DNA from: an uncultured Chloroflexia bacterium
GTDB lineage: Bacteria; Chloroflexota; Chloroflexia; Thermomicrobiales; UBA6265
Length of the DNA: 64,000 nt
Direction of reading: 5' to 3'
Assembly: GCA_963724295.1 (NCBI GenBank)
Contig: CAVRUC010000006.1
Coordinates: 54,096-118,095, forward strand
Below, one piece after another: positions 31,664 to 41,933 of this stretch. The notes beneath the pieces are model-generated. The model worked only from the letters and a program-made list of their open reading frames with translations, was not told the origin of the DNA and ran no database searches. Every line of letters starts with the position of its first letter. The first letter of the stretch is position 1. The translations under genes and the position numbers were made by a program.

Positions 31664-32785
31664 TTAGCGGCCAGCAGCAACGCGTGTGTAAAGGTCGGTC
31701 AAAACCTGATTCAGGACCCGGTCATCTCGAAACTCGGCTGCGGCACGGCCGGAGAACTGGCTAAGCCCGCGCACCGTTGCCGCATCCAACTTCCCGGTCT
31801 GCTTGATCGGACTACCGAGCACGTGGCTCAGTGCCTCCTGGGTGAAGACGGTCGTGGTCGCCCCGCGGGGCCGCTTCCCCGTACCGTGGTTTTCGCAGTG
31901 AAAGTGGTCATGGTGAGCATCGTTGTAGTTATAGTCAAGGACCGTGTAAAAGTGGAGGCGCAGGCAGGCGTTGATCCGGCGCAACAGTGCGCGCTCCGCC
32001 GGGTCCTTGAAGTTCTCCACGATCGTTTCTGGCAGCCGGCTCGCAGGCCCGCCGACCGCCGAAAAGCGCACCCCAACAATGTCGACGGCGTCGCCGAACG
32101 AGTGGTTGCTCAGCGTGTTCGAGTTCTTACCATTCTTGTACATGCACCGACAGTTGATCGAGCCCGCGGTCAGGATCGCCTCGATCGGCATACCGAACCG
32201 GCGCAAGTCACGGACGACGTGGGTGAGGCTGGCACGCACCGAAGGAACGAATCTTTGCTCGCGCGGCCCCGGATAACGACTCGTGACGATACAGAGTCCG
32301 GTCTTGAGATCACGTTTAACCGCGGTCGGGTACTCGAAGGGCACGCCGTCGATAGCTCGCTGGCAGAGCAAATTTGGGATGGCAGGGCAGGATTGAGGCT
32401 GCAGGCAGCGCTTGACGGCCACGTTGGGAGGTTCGGGGCAGAGTTTAGCTCCGCTGACGGCAGGCGTCGGCGCCGGGCCAGGCCGAGGGACGACCGGGGT
32501 CGAGGAGCCAGCACCGGGAGGAGCCGGCGCCCCGGCGGCGACGAGTGCCGCCTCCGTGCGCTGTCCGACCACCCCATCGGCGGTGAGCCCACGGCCCCGC
32601 TGAAACGCTTGCACGGCGCCTCGGGTGCGGGGACCGAATCGGCCATCGACCGTCAACCCGGCCCCGGCCACGCGATTGAGCGACTCCTGCACCCAGCGCA
32701 CATAGACTGGGCTGCGCCGGTCGGTCTCACCTAGCCAGGCAGTTCGCGTCGTCGCTCTAGCGGGACGCGCGCGCAGGGTTTCCAT
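31664..32785 (-). CDS. PG-binding domain + extensin-like C-terminal (LAS-type Zn peptidase-like) domain protein
   Basis: PG-binding cassette; GSINCR...[13 protein letters not shown]...[13 protein letters not shown] 32785 preceded by GGGAG. Confidence 0.8.
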   Translation of the reverse strand: METLRARPARATTRTAWLGETDRRSPVYVRWVQESLNRVAGAGLTVDGRFGPRTRGAVQAFQRGRGLTADGVVGQRTEAALVAAGAPAPPGAGSSTPVVPRPGPAPTPAVSGAKLCPEPPNVAVKRCLQPQSCPAIPNLLCQRAIDGVPFEYPTAVKRDLKTGLCIVTSRYPGPREQRFVPSVRASLTHVVRDLRRFGMPIEAILTAGSINCRCMYKNGKNSNTLSNHSFGDAVDIVGVRFSAVGGPASRLPETIVENFKDPAERALLRRINACLRLHFYTVLDYNYNDAHHDHFHCENHGTGKRPRGATTTVFTQEALSHVLGSPIKQTGKLDAATVRGLSQFSGRAAAEFRDDRVLNQVLTDLYTRVAAGR

Positions 32786-32789
32786 GCCA

Positions 32790-34585
32790 TTACTCCCATC
32801 GTTCGTCGAGCATCGGGAAGATTCGGTCCAGATCCCAGTCTTGTCTCCGATAACGCCCGGTGCCATTGGCGATCACGAGCCGCCGCGCACGACGCTCGTC
32901 TTGCCATTTGGTAAGGCGGTCGGCGGCCTCGTTCGCGATCTCAACCAGCTTTTCCCGTTCGCTGAGGGAACGCCCCAGGGCGGCTTCCCGACCGCGATCC
33001 GGGCCACAAATGCCCGTGCTTTGGTGTCACTCAGACCGTCGCCGACGTTGACGTCGAAGCACATCGTCAGACCACGGATCGACACCAGTCCCACTTGCCG
33101 CGCAACGGCCCGTGCGCGAGCCATGCGGCTGTTCACGTCCCGCATCAACAGTGCACAAAAATCGGCGTCAGCGCAGAGGCGGAGAAGAGGGGTCCGCCAG
33201 CGGTCGGAGAGCCCCTCGGCACGCGCCTCTGCCACCGCCTGCCGGCGCTCCTCAGCGGTATGGCGCAGGGCAGCCAGTTGCCGCACCCGCTCGGTATCGG
33301 CGCCGAAGAACTCACGCAGGCGCTGCGTCTGGCGCTCAAAACTGTCGAGCATGGTCTGGAGCGTGCCGGCAAGCAGATTCCACTGAAGCATGCCCATTGA
33401 AATGCCGTCGGTGCCCGAGACGGCACAGCCAAACGCCACACCGGTCTCGAAGTGGCTCGTGACGGCGACCGCGGTGCGTTGGGGAGCCGGCAGATCAGGT
33501 GGGCTGCAGAGCACCGCCGGGGTGGTCCCACCCGATAATGCTCCTGGAGGGCGCGGCGCTCCCGCGGCGACGAGTGCCGCCTCTGTGCGTTGTCCGACCA
33601 CCCCGTCGGCCGCTAACCCTTGCCGCGCCTGAAACGTTTGGACGGCTCCTCGGGTGAGGGGGCCGAATCGCCCGTCAACCGTCAGCCCTGCCCCGGCTAC
33701 CCGGTTGAGCGACTCCTGCACCCAGCGCACATAGGCCGGACTGCGCCGGTCGATTTTGCCCTGCGCTTCCTCGTTGTCAGTCTCGCGACCGCTGACCTTC
33801 CCAGGCGGGAAGAAGCGGACGTGCAAATGGTTGTCGTGGCCCGCCTGCTTCTGTACGCCCGCGATTGATCGGATCACGTCCGGATCATTGAAATAGATGA
33901 CTTTGACGCGAAGCACGCCGTTGGCCTGGATACCTCGAATCAGCTCCTGGGTCAGCTCGCGTGAATAGGTGGCGTCCTGGTACCTGACGCCTGCCTCGCG
34001 CCCGTCATTGCGCATCAGCCGAATGTCGATGTCGACGCCGAGTCGATGGGACTTATGCGGTGGCAACGGCCCACCGCCGTAGCGGCTGATGTCCCCAAGA
34101 CCGATCCGGGGGCCGGACGGGTGAGCCCGAAACCACGCCGCACCGATCGCCTGAAGAGCGCGAATGGTCTCCGCCAGACCGAACTGATTCTTGGGCGGCT
34201 TGTGGTACGAGTAGTAGCCAGGACCGGGGGTTGGCAGGGGCACAACGACATCGGCGTAGAGCGGGACGCCAGGGATCACAGGGCCTGGAGCAGGACCGTT
34301 GGTTGCGGCAGTGCCCGGGGGTCGTGGGGCACCGGCGGCGACCAGCGCCGCCTCCGTGCGCTGTCCGACCACCCCGTCAGCCGGCAGTCCGCGTCCCCGC
34401 TGAAACGCTTTCACCGCTCCTCGGGTGAGGGGGCCGAATCGGCCGTCGACCGTCAGTCCCGCCCTGGCCACGCGGTTGAGCGCCTCCTGCACCCAGCGCA
34501 CATAAGCCGGACTGCGGCGGTCAGTTTCGCCTAGCCGCACGCTCCCTGCGACCGCATGGTTGCTGATCCGTTGCGCGACCACCAT
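32790..34585 (-). CDS. Multi-domain murein hydrolase: PG-binding, MepA-like endopeptidase, PG-binding, lysozyme-like domain (frameshift ~32990)
   Basis: GDIS...[13 protein letters not shown]...HDNHLHVR; second PG cassette; TSHFETG...[11 protein letters not shown]; shifted frame ends ...FPMLDERWE at TAA 32792-32790. Confidence 0.8.
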
Positions 34586-34677
34586 GGTGGGCCTTCCTTG
34601 TTGCCGGCGTCAGGCATGTGCTTCGAACACGGATCGGCACTCCCGGTGCTCACCATACCGACAATGGCGGAGGTGGA

Positions 34678-35874
34678 TCACTCCCAGGCGTCGTTGCGCC
34701 AACCGTTGCCCGACGGGATGCGCCTGCCGCCGGCGAGAGCCGGCTGGCGCCGTGTCATTGGCAGCTGGCTGCGGCCCGTCCGAGCGCGGGGCCGCGGCGA
34801 GGCGGCCGACTCTCCCTGCTCGCCGCGGCGCGCGATGCCGAGGGCCTCGGCGCTGGTGACCCACTCCTCGGCACGGTCGCCGATCTCCAGCAAGAACGCC
34901 TCGAACTCGGCACGCGTCGTATTGAGGATGTAGGGCTGGGCCAGCCACTCGAGAATGTCACGTCCGGCTTCGGCCATCCGGTTCCGCTGCGAGGCGGTAA
35001 TCTGCGGCTGACCAAAGTAGCGGCGCATCACCTCTTCCATGACGTCCCAGGCGTTGTCGGCTCCGAAGAGGTTCTTGATGTCTTCAGTGCCCATGATCCG
35101 GAACGCCTCGTCGAGGAGCTGAAGAACCTCGATGCGCAGGATGTTGACGTGCCCATAGGAGGCGTTCTTCAAGTTATTGCGGAGGTCAAGTCCCGAGCGG
35201 CGGACGACGGCGATACTGCCAAAGCTCGGATCGTCTGCGCGCGGCCGGATGACCTCGGAGACACGCTTGTCACGGAAGAATTCGGCCACGCCGTTGACGA
35301 ACTGGACAAAGAGACCGTGGAAACTCTCGTTCGAATGGGCGCCTGGCGCCGGCGGCGTATCCGTGTAGCCGAAGACGCGGCGGTACGCCTGCATCCGATC
35401 GGTATGCGTGTAGCGCAGCACGCGGCGTCGATCATAGCGGTAAAGGCCGTAGGCCCCGGGACCGGTCGAGAGGCGGATGGCGCCGGCGTTGAAGAGCTCT
35501 TGTAGCTTGAGTACGGCCCGAAAGACGCCGATCCGCTCGTGTTGGTAGATGTAGTAGAGATCGCCGACGGCGAGGATTCGCTCGGCCGTAACAGTGTCGT
35601 CGTAGGTCTCGATTCCGGTCGGCTGCTCGACCTTGCCCGGCGTTGCAGCGGCATCGGGTCCGAGGCCGATAAGCTGGGCAAGACCACCGTCGGGTGGTGG
35701 CTTGGCGCCGGCCGCGGGCGCCTCGGCCCGCTCCTCCATCTGCTCGAACCGGCGCATGAACTCGTCGGCGAGCTCGGGCCGCTCGATGAGCTCGGGCGCG
35801 AGGACATCGACCATTTCCTCGCGGAACTTCGCGAAGGTCTTTGCTCGTCGTTGGATCTCTTCGTTCGTGGCCAT
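34678..35874 (-). CDS. Hypothetical alpha-helical protein (398 aa) of the 28-44 kb cluster
   Basis: AGGAG RBS, gene-like codon usage, aromatic-rich globular core (GDLYYIYQHERIGVFRAV...FGADNAWDV); no family recognised. Confidence 0.85.
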   Translation of the reverse strand: MATNEEIQRRAKTFAKFREEMVDVLAPELIERPELADEFMRRFEQMEERAEAPAAGAKPPPDGGLAQLIGLGPDAAATPGKVEQPTGIETYDDTVTAERILAVGDLYYIYQHERIGVFRAVLKLQELFNAGAIRLSTGPGAYGLYRYDRRRVLRYTHTDRMQAYRRVFGYTDTPPAPGAHSNESFHGLFVQFVNGVAEFFRDKRVSEVIRPRADDPSFGSIAVVRRSGLDLRNNLKNASYGHVNILRIEVLQLLDEAFRIMGTEDIKNLFGADNAWDVMEEVMRRYFGQPQITASQRNRMAEAGRDILEWLAQPYILNTTRAEFEAFLLEIGDRAEEWVTSAEALGIARRGEQGESAASPRPRARTGRSQLPMTRRQPALAGGRRIPSGNGWRNDAWE

Positions 35875-35884
35875 CGCTCGCTCC

Positions 35885-37586
35885 TAGTTAACGACGTGGC
35901 CACCCGCGGCGTCCCACGCCTTGTTCGCCGCGCTGTGGCTGCCGCCCGGCTATCGACTGCTGCCCTGCCGGCACCTACTTGACTCCAGCCGTTTGCCCGT
36001 GCCGCGCCGCCGGTCACCCACGATAGCCGGGACATTCGATTTTGAGGAGGGTTTCCGCAGAGATCGGCGAGTGCACGCTTGACCCGCCGGTAGCGTAGCG
36101 GCCCGAGGCGCCCTCTGGCTCATCACCCAACGCTGAGCGCGCTAGTCGACGAGACCGCGAATCTCGGCCGCGGTCCGCTGCACGGCATCGATGCCCGGCC
36201 CGCTGTCGTACGACTTGCTGTTGGTGGCGAATTCCCTCAGCCAGTCCATCAGCTCGGCGAGTGACGTCGGCGGGTCGACCGTCGATCTCCAAGAACTCTC
36301 GCTCGGCCAGATCGACCGAGGCCGCGGTGAGGGCTGCGTCCAGATCGTCTGTCGCCTCGGCCACCCGGTCGAGGCGCATCCCGAGAACTTCGAGTCTGGT
36401 CCCCAACGGGGCCGAGAGCATCGGGCTGCTGGAACTGGGCCCTTGATCGTCTGCCAGTTGGCGTACAACCCGGAGACGTAGAGCTCGACCTCGAGGAAGC
36501 GCGTCGAGGCGCGATCCTCGTCCCGAGTGATATCGGTCTCGTCAATCAGGTCATCGCCGCCGCGGAAGCCGACCAGCTCACCAAGTCGCTTGAGAGAGGA
36601 TCCCTTGCCATCCTCCCGCGGCTCCTATGAGAAGTGCGAAAGCCGCGTCAACGCGCGCAATCGCTGGCCGCACCTCCTGGCCCAGTGCCCCGACCAGACT
36701 CGACGAGCTTGCGATCGACGACGTCCCGTACCGCTTCAAACATGTCCTGGTCGTCGTCGTCGTCGGCTTCGAGCTCGGCCAGTGCCTGCCGCACCACCTC
36801 CAACTCAGCCCGGGCGCGCGGTAGATGACCGCCTGCGGCCCGGACGTCACGGTTCCCGACTCGATCGGCAACGTGGCCGTGCCTGAGGTCCCCCGGTATT
36901 CGACCTCGCTCCGGCCGTCGATCTCCTTCTCAACAAAGACGCGGTCGAAGGCGGTGCGCAGGTCACGAGGTTGATCCGGTCGTACCCTGGCGCCAAGCAC
37001 CCGGAACATTGCGTCGTCAAACAACCGGTCGAGGTCGGTCCCGGCGCCGGTGGGCCTGCTGCCGGTCACACTCGGACGGCCGCCCCCCAATGCCGGAGAG
37101 AGCATCGATGACCTCGCCGAAGAGCTCGTCTTGAGCGGCGCCGTTGCGCGGTCACGACGTCCGGGTGCCTCGCGACGGCCTCGGTTATCGTTGACTCCGG
37201 CTGGAATATGGCCCCTGGGGGTCGGCTCCTCGGGGATGCTGGCACCGGTCAGAGGAATCTTGACTTCGACCTTGCGCTTGTTCTGCGTAACTTCGGCTGG
37301 ATCGCCATGCCGGACCAAATCGTCGTCGGCGTAGGCTTGAAAAAGGATGCGTGCCTGGCCGTCAGTTCCGAGAAGCTGCCGGTAGAGCTCGCCGGTTCGA
37401 TTGAGATCGAGAAGGCGGCCCTTATTCGTCGGTGGTGGTCGCCCCGAGAAGCTCGGCGAATGGGATCATCTTTTCGTAGTCGACCCCGATAGCAGTGACG
37501 AAGGACCCGGCTTTGGGCTCATCGCTAGGCACGGTCACGACCTGCCCGCTCATCACGAATGGAACCTCGCTGTTCGAATCTGTCAT
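35885..37586 (-). CDS. Hypothetical protein of the cluster (~550 aa), broken by several frameshifts; 3' end uncertain
   Basis: AAGGAGG + ATG 37586; protein-like segments in ORFs 37422-37664, 36578-37318, 36142-36468 and 36014-36421 follow one another. Confidence 0.65.
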
Positions 37587-37614
37587 ACCTGCCTCCTTCC
37601 AGACGTCGGAGACG

Positions 37615-38223
37615 TCAGGCGCCATCGTCGGTAGCCGTGTCGGGACCATGTGCCGCTGCGGCACTTCGCTTCTTACGAGACGTCCCTTTGCGGGAGACGC
37701 GGATATCCTGCCCCGTGGCCGTCGCCTGGACCGAAACGGAAATCAGGCTCTGGCGATCGACCAACTCCTCCCAGCAGCGTCTGAGCGTCAGGCTCTGGTC
37801 GTAGAGCGCCTGGGGGCACTGATCGAGTGCGTCGACGACACCTTCCGCCCATCGCCCCCAGTTCCCCGTTTGCCGCAGCACGTCGGCGAGCGCCTGGCGC
37901 CGTTCGAATGCCACGAGGTCGACGCAGTAGCGCAGCCAGAGTGCATCGAACTGATCCTGGCACCTGACGAGCGCCCGCCGCGCCAGCACGGGATCGAATC
38001 GCCCGTTCGCGGCGAGTCGGCCTTCGCGGGCGGCCTCGCACGACTCGTGAGCGAGGCCGGCGGTATCCTGGGCGACGGCCTCCCAGTGGTCGACCACGGC
38101 CGATCCGCGCCCCGACGCCGGTTGCGCCTGGACGACTGCCCAGACAAGGTTGCCGAACACCTGATCCAGGCGCGATGCCGCCTGCTCGAGGTTTGCGAAT
38201 GATGCTCCCAGCGTCACAGCCAT
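37615..38223 (-). CDS. Hypothetical helical protein (~200 aa) of the cluster
   Basis: Fills the operon gap between neighbours; Trp-rich amphipathic helices; C-terminal VSVQATATGQDI. Confidence 0.75.
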   Translation of the reverse strand: MAVTLGASFANLEQAASRLDQVFGNLVWAVVQAQPASGRGSAVVDHWEAVAQDTAGLAHESCEAAREGRLAANGRFDPVLARRALVRCQDQFDALWLRYCVDLVAFERRQALADVLRQTGNWGRWAEGVVDALDQCPQALYDQSLTLRRCWEELVDRQSLISVSVQATATGQDIRVSRKGTSRKKRSAAAAHGPDTATDDGA

Positions 38224-38266
38224 CCTCACTCGTTGCCCGGTGCGACCGGGTGCGCTCGTGACCTGG

Positions 38267-39589
38267 CTACCGGCGCAAGAGAGCGCGGTAGAAGTTGACC
38301 GCGATGCGGCCCGAGGGCGCGAGACTGGTATCGATCGCCGTGCGAGCCGCCCCGACCAGGAAGCGCGCCGGCACGATGCCCGGATCGACCGCCTGGGCCA
38401 GGCGCTCCGCCGCTTCTCTGGTCATGGCATCGTGCGTTCGGTTGAACGAGGTTACTGCCGCCAGGCTCTTTCCACCCAGCTGCGGGAAGGGTTGGTAGCA
38501 GATCGTGTCGACGACGAGCGCGCTGGCCCGAGGAAACGTATCGAGCATCTCCCGCGGGATCGAGCCCAGCTGCGCCGACGGATAGATTCGATTCCAGAGT
38601 TGGTCGAACGCCGCCGACTCGTCGGCGAACCCCATCCGTCGCAAGAGTTCCAGGTTGATCAGTACCCGGAGGTAGGGCGTTGGGTGAACGCCTTCCGGGT
38701 TGTAGCTCTGTGCGCTCTGGGGGGCCATCGCCACCACGTCGATCAACGAGGAGACAAGCGCTGGCCCACCGAGGAGGAGGGCGCAGAGGTCCGCCCAAAT
38801 CTCTTTGTTCCACCGCGCCCAGGTCTGTGCCAGCTCGGCCCTCAGACCCTCCTCGCGTAGCCGGCGCTCGATCCGGCGCGGGACCTCCTCCCAGAGTCCG
38901 AGATCGCTCTGGATGTTGTGCGATACCTCGTGGTGGACGGCCCCAAGCGTCCACGGATTCACCAAACGATGGTAGGGAAGCTGAATGACTGGAAACGGGT
39001 TGCCACGCTTGCCAAGTCGGGTCAGCGGCACCCCTCGCCGGTAGGTGGCCGGCGTAAACCCCGTTGCCATGAACGAGAGAGGTGGCGGCGCCGGGACCGA
39101 CCGCGGTACGGCCAGACCCGTGTAGACGGCCTGATAACAATCGAGGGCGATCCGGTCCGCGGCGAGCAGCCACTCGCCGTATCGCGACTGTCGCTGACCA
39201 AAGAGCTCGAAGTAGAAGTCCCAGGTCCGCTCGACGTGTTTGACCAATTGCCCGGCACGATCCTTCTTGTGCAGCAACGCCTGGAGTGCTTCCGTGTCCG
39301 GCTGCTTCGCGGCGTCGGTGGCCGTTAGCCGGACCTGATCCGCGAGTGCCATCAACGGCCGCCGCAGTCCATCGAGCAGCCGGTTGGCGGCGCGGATGTG
39401 AGCGTCGGAGGGGCTGGCGGCACTGGTGCCGAACTCGCCGTGGTGAAAGGGCCGCAACGAGGCGGCGTGGCGTGCCGCGTTCAGGGACTGCGCCCGCAGG
39501 AACACCTCGGCGACCGGCGCGGGCGCAGGCATGCGCCCGGCACGCCCGCGTCCGGTTGGGCTGACTTGGGGGGAGATCGCGGTCACCAT
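38267..39589 (-). CDS. HExxH zinc-metalloprotease-like protein (gluzincin/M48-like motif order)
   Basis: AVHHEVSHN...KEIWADL...GVHPTPYLR; GAGG RBS. Confidence 0.75.
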   Translation of the reverse strand: MVTAISPQVSPTGRGRAGRMPAPAPVAEVFLRAQSLNAARHAASLRPFHHGEFGTSAASPSDAHIRAANRLLDGLRRPLMALADQVRLTATDAAKQPDTEALQALLHKKDRAGQLVKHVERTWDFYFELFGQRQSRYGEWLLAADRIALDCYQAVYTGLAVPRSVPAPPPLSFMATGFTPATYRRGVPLTRLGKRGNPFPVIQLPYHRLVNPWTLGAVHHEVSHNIQSDLGLWEEVPRRIERRLREEGLRAELAQTWARWNKEIWADLCALLLGGPALVSSLIDVVAMAPQSAQSYNPEGVHPTPYLRVLINLELLRRMGFADESAAFDQLWNRIYPSAQLGSIPREMLDTFPRASALVVDTICYQPFPQLGGKSLAAVTSFNRTHDAMTREAAERLAQAVDPGIVPARFLVGAARTAIDTSLAPSGRIAVNFYRALLRR

Positions 39590-39682
39590 GCCCTATCCTC
39601 GGCCCGTGCATGACAGAAGCTCCACGTTCTGGACATCCCTCGGATCGACGACCAGGCGCCGGGCGTCTCATGACGTCGGTGG

Positions 39683-40748
39683 TTACGAGCGCGAGCTGGC
39701 GTAAATCGGCTTCAGCATGTAGCCGACAACCGGACCGCGCCGACGCCCGCGAACTGGCTCCGGGTCCGTACGCCCGCCCGTACGACGGACCCATCGGTCG
39801 CCGAGTCATCGAACCGGGTCGCGCGGCCCCGCCCCATGGCGCACCGGCTGGTCTTGCCTGGGCGCGACTTGCGGCGACTCGATTCTGTCGGAAGTTCTGC
39901 GCCACCGCCCGGGGGTTGCCAAGTGCCCGCGCGGACTGACGGCCGAGAATCCCGGCGACATCGCGCTGGGTCGGCGGGCGACGCAGGTTTTGCACCTCGT
40001 AGGCCGACTCTTTAAGGATCTGGGGTAGGCAGCGGGTAAGCTTGCGCGTCGTCTTGTTCTTGTTGAGCATCTTGCCGATTGCGCCGACACCTTTGGAAAT
40101 TAGCGGCATCGCCAACGGCAGGAGGGCCGGCAGGAACTCGTCGCGCTCGGGGTCGTAAGCGCCTTCGCCGTCCTCGTAGAGATCCTCGTAGGACGGATCG
40201 GACTCGCCGCTGAGCAAGCCGCTGACAAGCGGACCGACCAGATTTGCGATGAAAGGGTCGGCCTCGTACTCACTTCCCGATTCGGCAGCCTGGTAGGCGT
40301 TGTAATGCATCTCATCGAGCACTTCCGGCTCGATCGGTCCGAATTCGTAGCTGGCGTCCGATTCGTACCAGACCTCGCCGTCACCCTCGCGGAGGACCTG
40401 GTTGGCAATCTGGCTCGCGATGGCGGCGCCAGTCTTCCCGCCAACGGCGCCGCCGGCCACGCGCGCGGCTTGTCCGGCCAGCTGCTGGAAAAACTTGGGT
40501 GAGAGGCCGCCCGGTGCGACCTTGGCCACTGTCCGCGTCGCCGTCTTCAATAAGTTGCCGAGGAACGGGTCGGCCTCCAGGTCCTCGTACGACGCGCCCC
40601 AGGTCTCGAACGCCTCAAAGTCCTCGAACTCGCCTCCTTCATAATCGAAGGCGGCCTCGTATTCGCCCCCCTCGCCGTTGAGCGACTCAAAGCCGAAGCC
40701 GTCGGATTCGCCTAGGTCCGTCATCTCGAGCTCTTCGAGATCGACCAT
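39683..40748 (-). CDS. Acidic-spacer / amphipathic-helix repeat protein, first gene of the operon (frameshift ~39750)
   Basis: AAAGGAGG RBS; D/E/F/Y/G-rich tracts ending EADPF, EADPF, ERDEF, each followed by an amphipathic helix; shifted frame ends VVGYMLKPIYASSRS at TAA 39685-39683. Confidence 0.75.
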
Positions 40749-40763
40749 CGTCTTCGCCTCCTT

Positions 40764-40890
40764 TGAGTTCCGGAAGAACGCTTCGCGGAAACACGTGTAA
40801 GCGAAGACAGCCTAGGAGGGCGGGGGTGTCGGGCAAAGTCACATATTCGCGTGAGGCGCCAACGTGGTCACTCATTTGTGTCTCACCAAG
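40764..40890 (-). promoter_or_regulatory. Promoter/operator block of the operon, copy 1
   Basis: Minus strand TTGCCC-N16-TAGGCT; dyad TCACGCGAATATGTGA next to the -35; colinear copy at 43808-43934. Confidence 0.7.
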
Positions 40891-40967
40891 ACGCGTGACG
40901 GCGCAAAAGCCGCCGCTCGGGTTGCGTTTTTCAAAGATTTTGGTAGGATGAAAGAAATCAAAAGATC

Positions 40968-41050
40968 AGCTGTACGGGCAAACCCGTTGCGAGGCGGGGA
41001 CGCAAAGCCAGGGATCTCGGCAGATGCCGAGACCGCCCGGTTGCCAGTGA
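40968..41050 (+). ncRNA. Cyclic di-GMP-I (GEMM) riboswitch
   Basis: GGGCAAACCCGTT-GCGA-GGCGGGGACGCAAAGCC...TCTCGGC-AGAT-GCCGAGA...CGGTTGCC matches the GEMM-I consensus (GCAAACC, GNRA loop, GGACGCAAAGC, GTTRCC). Confidence 0.92.
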
Positions 41051-41291
41051 TACCCTCTTGCGACCATCCCGGCATTACGTTGCCGGTTCTTGTTCATGGT
41101 CGCTCCTCGCCCGGGACTTGTACGTCATCGCGTTGTCGACTCACCCCTGTTCGAAGGTCGAACCGGGCTCGACCGCGATCCGTACCGGTGCGTCCACCCA
41201 GCACAAGCCCTGAGCGTGGCGCCCGAGTCTTCACCCCCGATCGTCCTTGCCGCCGCTCTCGCACGGCTCAGGAACAGGACGACCATGAACC

Positions 41292-41741
41292 ATGAACCAT
41301 ACGCCCCACACCACAGCTGCCAAGCCGATCCTGGCTCGCGAGCCCACGGCCGCGGTTGAGGACCTCTTGCGGGAGATCCTGGAGCGTCTCGACGACGTTC
41401 GGGAAGAGCCTGGCCAGGCGCCGGAGCACTCCAACGGCGCCGGCACGGTAGTGCTCGACGTTCAGGTCGATGGCATTGCCTACAAGCTGCTACGCGATGC
41501 GACCCCAGTTGCGCAGCATCGCACCGTGCTCAGCCCTCGCGAGCAAGAGATCGTCCGCCTGGTGGCGAAGGGCTTGCCGAGCAAGGCGATTGCTGAGGTA
41601 CTCGACATGAGCTTGTGGACGGTTGGCACGCACTTGCGGCGCGTCTTCGCCAAGCTCGGCGTCGGCACCCGGGCGGAGATGATCGCCCGTGTCATCGGGG
41701 ACGGGCTGCTCGACGGCAGTGCTGATGCAACTGAAGAGTGA
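41292..41741 (+). CDS. LuxR-type HTH transcriptional regulator with a short non-REC N-terminus
   Basis: LSPREQEIVRLVAKGLPSKAIAEVLDMSLWTVGTHLRRVFAKLGVGTRAE. Confidence 0.9.
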   Translation: MNHTPHTTAAKPILAREPTAAVEDLLREILERLDDVREEPGQAPEHSNGAGTVVLDVQVDGIAYKLLRDATPVAQHRTVLSPREQEIVRLVAKGLPSKAIAEVLDMSLWTVGTHLRRVFAKLGVGTRAEMIARVIGDGLLDGSADATEE

Positions 41742-41933
41742 GACGCGGTTCGGGCGCTGTGAGCCAGGGGAGTCGCCACGGGAGGTCAGCGTAGAACGGC
41801 GGATGCTGACCCCGGATGATGCCAAGCGGCTACCCAGTTTCGTAGAGCGTAATCGACTGGTGGCGCTCTTTTGCCTGGATCCGATCGGATCACGGCCGTT
41901 GCACGGGAAAGATTGCTGGGATACGGACGTCTG

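Noticed and set aside
31664..34585. Single giant hydrolase spanning both ORFs
   Set aside because: The corrected upstream frame stops at 32790, and the next gene has its own RBS and ATG at 32785
38226..40748. Called 840-aa ORF as one protein
   Set aside because: After ~39750 it reads out-of-frame Arg/Pro-rich sequence over the 38267-39589 gene; a frameshifted stop at 39683 fits better
40968..41050. 3',3'-cGAMP (GEMM-Ib) riboswitch variant
   Set aside because: The G20-equivalent position is G, not A
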